This document shows, piece by piece, positions 30,257 to 37,205 of a stretch of 37,205 bases of DNA. The translations under genes were made by a program, and so were the position numbers. The notes under the pieces were generated by a model. It saw only the letters and a list, made by a program, of their open reading frames with translations. It had not been told where the DNA came from and made no database searches. The DNA lies in NCBI GenBank assembly GCA_013416795.1, contig RQSC01000030.1:316079-353283 (forward strand), written 5' to 3'. The number at the start of each line of letters is the position of its first letter. Positions within the stretch are counted from its first letter, which is position 1. This DNA comes from Prasinococcaceae sp. CCMP 1430 (Eukaryota > Plantae > Prasinodermophyta).

Positions 30257-31004
30257 CGCCGCCCCGTCCCGCCCGAAGCAGAAGGCGACCGTCGCCGCCG
30301 CCGTCCGCTCGGCCGCGGGCACCGCGCTCAGCGTGCCCGCGCCCAAGGCGCGCGCGGCCGTGGACGCCGCGGAGGACGCGCTGTTCTCCGCCGACGGCGC
30401 AAAGGCCAGGGCGGCCGTGGACGCGCTGGTCGACGCCATCGCCGACCCGGACGACGCGTCCGTCGACCGGGCGTACGACTCCCTCGTGGCCGTGCTCGAG
30501 ACCGCCGACAAGGACAAGGTGGAGGCGGCCGCGAACGCCGTCCTGGACGCCGCGCTGAGCGTCAACAAGGCCGCGGCCATCGGCACGGCCACCAAGCTCA
30601 CCGGCTTCGCCGACCCCAAGCTCATCGAGGCCGCGCTCAAGGCGGGCGACGCCGTGGCGCCCGAGCTCGTGGCGACCGCCAAGTCGACCGCCACGACGGC
30701 GGCGTGCCGCCGGCGGCGGCGCCAGCAGCGCGCCGCGGGCCTCGTCGTGGCGCGCAATACGTCCGGCGGCGCGGACTCGACGGCCTCCGCGCCCTCCGCC
30801 AGGGCCGTCCGCCAGCCCCCCGCCGGGACCAACTTCGGCTCGATCGCCGAGCGCGCCAACTACCAGCGCCCGGGCACCGTCAAGTTCAGGGCCAGCACGC
30901 CCGCGCCGAAGAAGAAGGCGACGAAGGCCTCCGGCGGCTCCCTCTTCGGCAAGAAGCAGGCGCCGCCGCCGCCGAAGAAGAAGAAGGCGTTCGGCCTGTT
31001 CTGA
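30257..31004 (+). CDS. Ala-rich hypothetical protein ending PPPPKKKKAFGLF, 5' incomplete
   Basis: Strong G/C third-position bias and protein-like helical sequence. The frame is open from 30198 but has no ATG. Confidence 0.6.
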
Positions 31005-31214
31005 GGCGCCCCCTCGGCGGGGAGGCAAGCACGAGCCGCGGACAGACGAGACACAGACCGCCGCGACGGCGCGGCGCCCGAGCGCGCGCGCGGCGGGACG
31101 AGCGAGGGGCCCCCTCCTCTTTTTTTTTTTTTTTTAAAGCCGCGCCAGATCTTCTTCCCCCGCGCGCATCCCCGCGCGCGCATCCCCGCGGCCGTCCGCC
31201 AACCCGAGAGGATC

Positions 31215-34200
31215 TCACACCACGAGCTCCCGCCGCGACTCGAGGCGCTTGAGCACCTCGCTGGGCGTCGCGTCGAGCTGCTCGGCGATGGACCTCTGCT
31301 GGTCGCGGCCGAGCGCGGCGTACTGCTCGCAGAGGTCGCCGTCGATGACGTCCTTGACGGGCGCGAAGTACGAGCGGTACCGCAGGTGGTCGTTGCCGCA
31401 CAGCGGCGGCCCGGCCTGGCGCATGTGCATCTCGAGGTGGCTGAAGAAGTCGACCTCCTCGCGATTCAGGAAGGGCGTCATGGCGCCCAGCGCGCCGCCC
31501 ACGGTGGCGTACAGCAGCGACTGCGTGCCGCCGGCCTGCATCTCCGCGCGCTGGATGGCCGTCACGGTGTCGCCCACGTGGAACATGGTGGCGCACTCGA
31601 TCTTGTGCGGCGCGCCGTTGAGCCGCTCGGGCCCGCGCTTGGACGACCCGCCGGTGGGGTCCTCCTCGGCGACGCCCGACACCTCGGCGGGCAGCCGCAC
31701 GACGAACATGTTGCCGAAGCGGTCGCCGCCCGCCATCGTGTCGTAGTCGACGTACTCGGCGGCCGTCAGGTAGCGCGGCGCGGTGTCGTCGGCGAACACG
31801 TGCAGCTGGTTCTCCGCCGCGCGGTACAGCCCGTAGTGGAAGCTCTCCTGGCCGTCGCCCACGTAGACGCGGTCGCCCTGCGCGTGCAGCGTCTTGATGA
31901 AGGTGGGGATGGCGCGGTTCTCGCACTTGCGCAGCAGCTTCTTCTTGCCCATGTCGTACAGGCGCAGGTGGGAGTCGACGCCCGCCAGCAGCCTCCCCTG
32001 GAAGGCGCACAGCGCGCCGACGACCCCGCCCACCTCCGTCGAGTGCAGGTGCTCCAGGCGCTTGCCCTCGTCCTCGAAGCGGTACAGCCGCACGTGGCCG
32101 GTGCGGCACGACCGCGGCGCGAACGACAGCCCCGTGGCGGTGCCCACCGCCAGCAGCGTGCCCTCGCCGCCGCCGCCGCCGCCGAAGCGCACCGTGCACG
32201 CGCACAGCGCGGCCTCCCCCTCGCCCAGCTCGACCTTGCAGGTGGTCTCGCCGTCCGAGGCCATCACGCGCACGCACGACACCCACGCGCCCTTCTCCGC
32301 GCGCGGCTCGCCCAGCTGGTCGTCCGCCAGCTCGCCGGCGGACGACGCCAGGTCTCAGCGCTCTACGTCCCTGGCGACCTTTGCGGACTCGATAAGGCGA
32401 TCGGGATACGACGCGGCTGGGAGGTGGGTACCGGCTGCGACACGCTGGCACTGAGCCTGTCGTGTAGCGCCGTACTAGGGATCGCGCAGGAATATCCCGC
32501 GGTCGCGTGGGCCTTGTGGCGCGAGACGGCGGTGCAGGCGGGAATCACCGCGGAATGGCTGGTCGGCTTGGGCCGACGCGAACGAGGCCATCACGCGCAC
32601 GCACGACACCCACGCGCCCTTCTCCGCGCGCGGCTCGCCCAGCTGGTCGTCCGCCAGCTCGCCGGCGGCCCCGCCGGCGGCCCCGTCGGCGGCCGTGTCC
32701 ATCATCTGCGCGGCGTCCGCGCCGCCGCCGGCGGCGCCCGCCTGCCGGCTCGCCTCCTTGCGCAGCTCCGCGCGGCGCTCGGCGCTGGGCGCCCGGTGGT
32801 CGGCCTCGACCACCACCAGCGTCTTGTGCTTGGGGTGGTGGCACATGGCGCGCGGCGTGTACTGCAGGGGCGTGCTCGACGCGTTGAACGCCTCGCCCAG
32901 CCGCTCGAGCGTCAGGATGCGCAGCTCGTCGCCCGCCGTGGCGACCACGCCCTCCTGGCACTGGCTCGAGCAGAACGCCGAGGTCGAGTCCAGCGCGTCG
33001 TAGGACAGCGGCGCGAGCTGGAAGCGGCCCTGCCACGCGTAGCCGCACCACGGCCGCGCCGAGAGGGCCATCAGCGCGGGGCGGCCGCGCACGACGGTGC
33101 GCGACAGCTGCGGCGCGCGCGCGCCGAGGAAGCGGGTGCGCACGTCCGACAGCGCGCCGGTGGCGGGGTCGACCTCGGCGCGCAGCAGCACGCCGTTGGC
33201 GAGGCCCACGTTGAGGAACAGCGTGGGGGGCGCGTCGGCGGTCCCCTCGAAGGGGAACAGGCACACGCTCTCGGGCAGCGCGGGCGCGGCCTGCGTCGCC
33301 TTCGGGTGGAACATCTCGGCGGGGTCGAGGGAGAAGAGGCGCACCGTCGAGTCGTACGCGCCCACGGCGAAGAACGCCGACCGCCTGCTGCCCTCGGCGA
33401 GCGGCGCGATGTCCAGCGCGGCGACGTCGCCCGCCAGGTCGCGCCGCTCCACCTCCGCGAGCGTGCCGAGCGTGTCCAGCTCGAAGTACACCAGCTCGCC
33501 GCCCGACATGGCCACCACCACCTGGCCGGCGTTGGCCGCGACCTTGGACACGCGCTTGCGCCCGGGCGCCGCCCACTCCACCAGGCTGCCGTTCGTGCGC
33601 ACGTGGCGCAGGCCGCCGGCGTGCACCTGCAGCATGGAGCCGTCCGACAGCAGCTGCACGTGCAGGGTGGCGACGTCGCCCTTCAGGCCCGAGTCGCTCA
33701 CCTCGGCGACGGTGTCGCCCACCGCGAGCACCAGCGTGCCGTTGGTGAAGCTCACCACGATGTACTTGTCCTCGGCCGCGTCGACGCCCTTGCGCACCGT
33801 CCACACGCCCGTGGGGGTGCCGGGCAGCGGCGAGCGCGCGAGCTCGGACACGCTCAGACCGGGGCGCATCACGCGCAACGACGAGCGGTGCCCGCGGCCG
33901 CAGAGGGCGTACACCTGCTTGGTGTCCTCGTTGTGCAGGTTCTCCACCTTCATCGCGGTCACCGGGCTGAGGCTCTCCACCTCGTCCACCAGCGCCAGGT
34001 TCTTCAGGGGGCGGGGCGTGAAGAACACGGGCTCGAAGCCGCCCTCGGTCTCGACCAGCTGCTTGGACGAGCACTTCACGTCGGCGGCGTCGCCGATGCC
34101 GGCGAACGAGTAGAAGCCGTGGTTGCCCATCTCCGACGCCGCGAAGAGGTGGCCGTTCTTGAGGATGGCGAGCGCGCTGCAGGTGGGGATGGTGTCGAAG

Positions 34201-35449
34201 TAGAGGATCTCGAGCTCGGTCACCTTGCTGTCCTCGCCGTACTCGAGCGAGACCTTGTACACGTCGCCGTACTCGCTCTGCACCAGGAAGAAGAACAGGC
34301 CCTTCTGCCTGTGCAGCGAGGCCGCCGTGATGAGGCAGCCGCGCTCGGGCGGCAGGTCCTTGCGGCGGGGGATGACCGCGCGCACGTCGGCGTGGTCGCG
34401 GTTCTTGTATATTATGAAGTTTTCGGCGCACACCACCACGCCCGAGGGGCCGTCGCCGCCGCCCGGCACCGCCAGCACCAGGTTCGCGCCGTTGTCGACG
34501 GGGTCCGACCACACGCGGCTCACGTGGTTCAGGCTGAGGTCGAGCTCGTAGTACACGAGCGACTTCTGCGCCGCGCGGGCAGCGCTGCCGGTGGGGTCGG
34601 CGTCGGCCTCGGCGTGGTCCAGCTCGATCGCGGCGAACACGGGGTTCTCGTAGCCCACGTCGAGCGCGCACAGCGCGAAGGTGATGGTCGCCGTCTTGTG
34701 CGCCTCGAGGGGCGACGAGATGGTCAGGCGCGCCTCGCCGTCCCGGTTGAAGACGTACACCATCTTCTGCTTCTCAAGGGCCGCCAGCATGCACGCGCGG
34801 CCCTTCGGGTCGCTCGCCGTGAACTGCGATCGGGGGCGCCAGGCAGAGGGCGCGGGCGCGGGGGGTCAGAGGGCGCTCGCACAGGGCGCGCGCGCGCGGG
34901 CGGCCGCCGGGATCGCTTGCGCGCAGAGTCCGCCATGGTTTAGGGTTGGAACGGGAAAGTTCCAGCGCGCGAGCGCGCGAGCGCTTCCCCCCACCACCCC
35001 CACCCTCCCGACCGCCCCTCCCCAGCCGCTCCTTCCCCTCCTCTTCCACCGGAGCGCACGATCGGGGCGCGGGCGGCGACCGCGATGCGCCTCACCTCGC
35101 CCGGGACGATCCGCCTGCATCCCGACTTGCCGAACGTCTCCTGGTGCAGCTTCTCGAAGCCGTTCTTGTCGGCGTTGAACTCGAGCACGACGATGCGCCC
35201 CGAGTCGGAGCCGACGACGAGCTGGTCCTTCTCCCCGCCCGTGAGGCGAAGGGGGGCGAGCGAGCGCACGCATCCGAACACCTCCACGGAGCACACGCTC
35301 TGCACGCGCCCCTGCTCGTCGGGCCGCAGCAGCTCCAGCGTCTTGCCGCGCGCGACGACGACCTCGTGCGCCTTCGCGCCCGAGAAGTTGCCGTACGCGG
35401 CGCCCGTCACGGCGCCCGCCGGCTGCAGCGTGAGGTTGTACAGGAACAT
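31215..35449 (-). CDS. SF3B3: Splicing factor 3B subunit 3 (SF3B3/SAP130); exon 1 35096-35449, intron 34824-35095; CDS interrupted by insert 32342-32582 plus an 86-bp duplication
   Basis: MFLYNLTLQ...GNFSG, LVVGSDSGRI, HQETFGKSGCRRIVPG|FTASDPKGRA, C-terminus FFSHLEMHMRQ..PPLCGNDHLRYRSYFAPVKDVIDGDLCEQY...TPSEVLKRLE. Confidence 0.96.
32342..32582 (+). other. 241-bp foreign insert encoding a Crp/Fnr-family regulator fragment, flanked by an exact 86-bp direct repeat (32256-32341 and 32583-32668)
   Basis: + frame reads RRQVSALYVPGDLCGLD...AQEYPAVAWALWRETAVQAGITAEWLVGLGRRE, resembling alphaproteobacterial Crp/Fnr GRRQIxALxxPGD...ALW...EWxxxLGRR. Codon usage differs from the flanking SF3B3. Confidence 0.7.
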
Positions 35450-36110
35450 GGCAGCGGCGCGGCCGCGCGTGCGCCGCGCCGCGCGGCCCGATCCCCCTGC
35501 CTCCCCTCCCTCCCGATCGGAGCCCGCCCGCCCGCCAGCCGCAGGCAGCGCGCCGCGCGCGCGCCGCGCGCGCCGTGTGCCGGCCCCGGAGCAACCCCTC
35601 CCCCCAATACGAAGAGCGGGGGAGGGAAAAACCAAAACGCCCCAACCCGCGAACAAAATCGAGCTCAAAATGCATGCGAACGCACTCGTCTTCGCGGAAC
35701 CGGCGATTCGTACGTATTGGGAAGGCACGACATTGGCGCGAAGCAAGAGCGAAACCCCACCCCAAACATGAACCGCAACCCCGCACCGAAGGGGACAGGT
35801 GTTTCGGATGGGCAACCAAATTCGATCGATCCGCGGGTTCCGCGTCTTCTGTGCCGCNGAGCGGCCGCGCCTGGCGCCTGCGCGGCGCGGCGGGGCCAAT
35901 GATCTGCGCTGCGACGCCGGTGCGACGCAAGTGGGACCTCGGGGCGCGCTGCTGTTGCAGCGCGGCGCGAGCGGCAGCGCACGGCAGGCCGCTGACCCCC
36001 CTGCTCCCGACCCCCTCTTCAACCCCCCACCCACCCCACCCACCTACGCAACACGCACGCGCGCGCGCGCCATCCCATCACCCGCGCTCCCGCTCCGCGG
36101 CGCCGCGCAG

Positions 36111-36969
36111 ATGACGACGACTTCGAGGTGGACCTCCCTCCTCTCCCGGGTGCCGCGGCCGAGGAGAAGAAGGACGGCCTGAAGTGGGAGGGTGAGGACG
36201 AGGAGGAGGAGGAGCCCGCGGCCGTCGCGTCCGCCCCGTCCGTGCCGCGCCCGGCGAAGAAGAAAACGCTCAAGGAGAAGCTGCGCGAGCGCGAGGAGGC
36301 CGAGCAGAGGAAGGCCGTCGAGCGCGCAGCCAAGGTCGACCCGCTCGCCGACAAGCTCAACAAGCAGAGGCTCGTCGAGCAGTCGGACTTCGCGGCGGCC
36401 AAGGACACCTTCGGTGGTGCGGATGCGGGCGACAGCGCGCTCGACAGCTTCCTGCCGAAGACCGAGGCCGACTTCATCGAGTACGCGGGTATGGTCGCTG
36501 CCAAGCTGACCAACTACGACAACAGCGCGTACTACAAGGTGCTGCTCAAGGAGGTGCTGCGCAAGGCGACGGAGAACCTGTCGTCGGAGGAGACCAAGCA
36601 GATCTCGACGTCGATGACGGTGCTCGTCAACGAGAAGCAAAAGGAGGAGAAGGCCAAGCAGGGCGACAAGAAGAAGAAGAAGAACCAGAAGAAGGCCGTC
36701 GTGATGGACCGCGACGACGAGTACGAGATGTTCGGGCCGGGCGGCGGCAACACGGGCTACGCGGACGAGTGCGTGCCGCGCGCGCGCGAACGCGAGCGAG
36801 CGCTGGGACGCCGTGCGCGCCACCACCGTGCGCCCTCAGGCTTCGACGGTCGCTGCTGCGCGTGCGGTCCGCAGCCGGTGTGGCGCCCATCAAAGTTGCT
36901 GACGCGCCCGCCCCGCCTGGCCGCTCGCCGCTCGCCTCCCCTCTCACGCGCAGGTATGACTTCATGTAA
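36111..36969 (+). CDS. eIF3j: Eukaryotic translation initiation factor 3 subunit J; exons 36111-36768 and 36954-36969; first exon not found
   Basis: Acidic N-terminus, KWEGEDEE, DPLADKLNKQRLVEQSDF, PKTEADF.EYA, STSMTVLVNEKQKEEK. Intron 36769-36953 gives the terminal ADEYDFM*. Confidence 0.9.
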
Positions 36970-37113
36970 AGAGCCCACCTCGTTCGCCCGCGCCGTTCGC
37001 ACGCGCGCCAGCTCCCTCCGCCGCCAGGCCGCGAGGCCCAGCGATGCGCTCCGTGCCCGCGCCCGCCGCCCGCTCGCGTGCGCGCGGGGTGGGTTGGGTG
37101 GCAGCGTGATTAC

Positions 37114-37127
37114 TAGGGTTAACCCTA
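37114..37127. promoter_or_regulatory. Palindromic telo-box-like element TAGGGTTAACCCTA
   Basis: Perfect 14-bp palindrome made of two head-to-head telomeric units. Confidence 0.4.
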
Positions 37128-37205
37128 ACGCGCGCAACCGCAACCGCGCCAGCCACCCCGCATCGGTGGGTTCGCGACCCGCGGCGCCCGGGGCCGCCGG
37201 GGGGA

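Noticed and set aside
32256-32668. Introner-like element or normal target-site duplication
   Set aside because: An 86-bp duplication is far longer than typical TSDs, there are no TIRs, and no AG|GT site in the repeat allows exact excision.
31386-34943. Long + strand ORF (1185 aa) and similar shadows such as 11818-14040 (5' part), 15119-16876, 4279-6333, 29958-31028
   Set aside because: They are antisense or alternate-frame shadows of GC-rich real genes, where stop codons are rare.
35640-35860. Possible snRNA/snoRNA upstream of SF3B3
   Set aside because: No Sm site, C/D or H/ACA box set or known snRNA sequence recognised; more likely UTR, intron or promoter next to the N at 35858.

Overview
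GC-rich, intron-containing eukaryotic DNA that looks like a green alga (prasinophyte-like; inferred from composition, GT-AG introns and plant-type gene families). The scaffold has two long N-gaps and three single-N joins. Recognisable genes in order: lipoyl/octanoyltransferase (LIP2/lipB), sulfiredoxin, a decayed NIPA Mg-transporter fragment, an orphan ankyrin fragment, a tRNA-Ile(AAT), an ACT-domain threonine dehydratase, a multi-pass membrane protein, an orphan last exon of an oxidosqualene cyclase, an ankyrin-repeat protein, cytosolic-type MetRS, a conserved hypothetical protein, a folate-receptor-like exon joined at an N to a WKF-domain protein, a long coiled-coil protein, an SMIM8-like protein, M17 aminopeptidase, ZRANB3, a possible Mutator/FAR1-type zinc-ribbon remnant, a DUF819 membrane protein, a tropinone-reductase-like SDR, a VOC/glyoxalase protein, an Ala-rich hypothetical protein, SF3B3 and eIF3j. 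The best finding is the tRNA-Ile(AAT) at 4198-4314 (-). It folds into a clean cloverleaf only if two non-canonical introns are removed: 33 nt at 41/42 and 10 nt at 59/60, each with bulge-helix geometry. Second is a 241-bp bacterial-looking Crp/Fnr fragment inside SF3B3, flanked by an exact 86-bp duplication; this is probably an assembly chimera. Several head-to-head gene pairs lack in-frame ATGs, which suggests mis-joins or non-AUG starts. All family assignments are from motif recognition by eye; no database searches were run.
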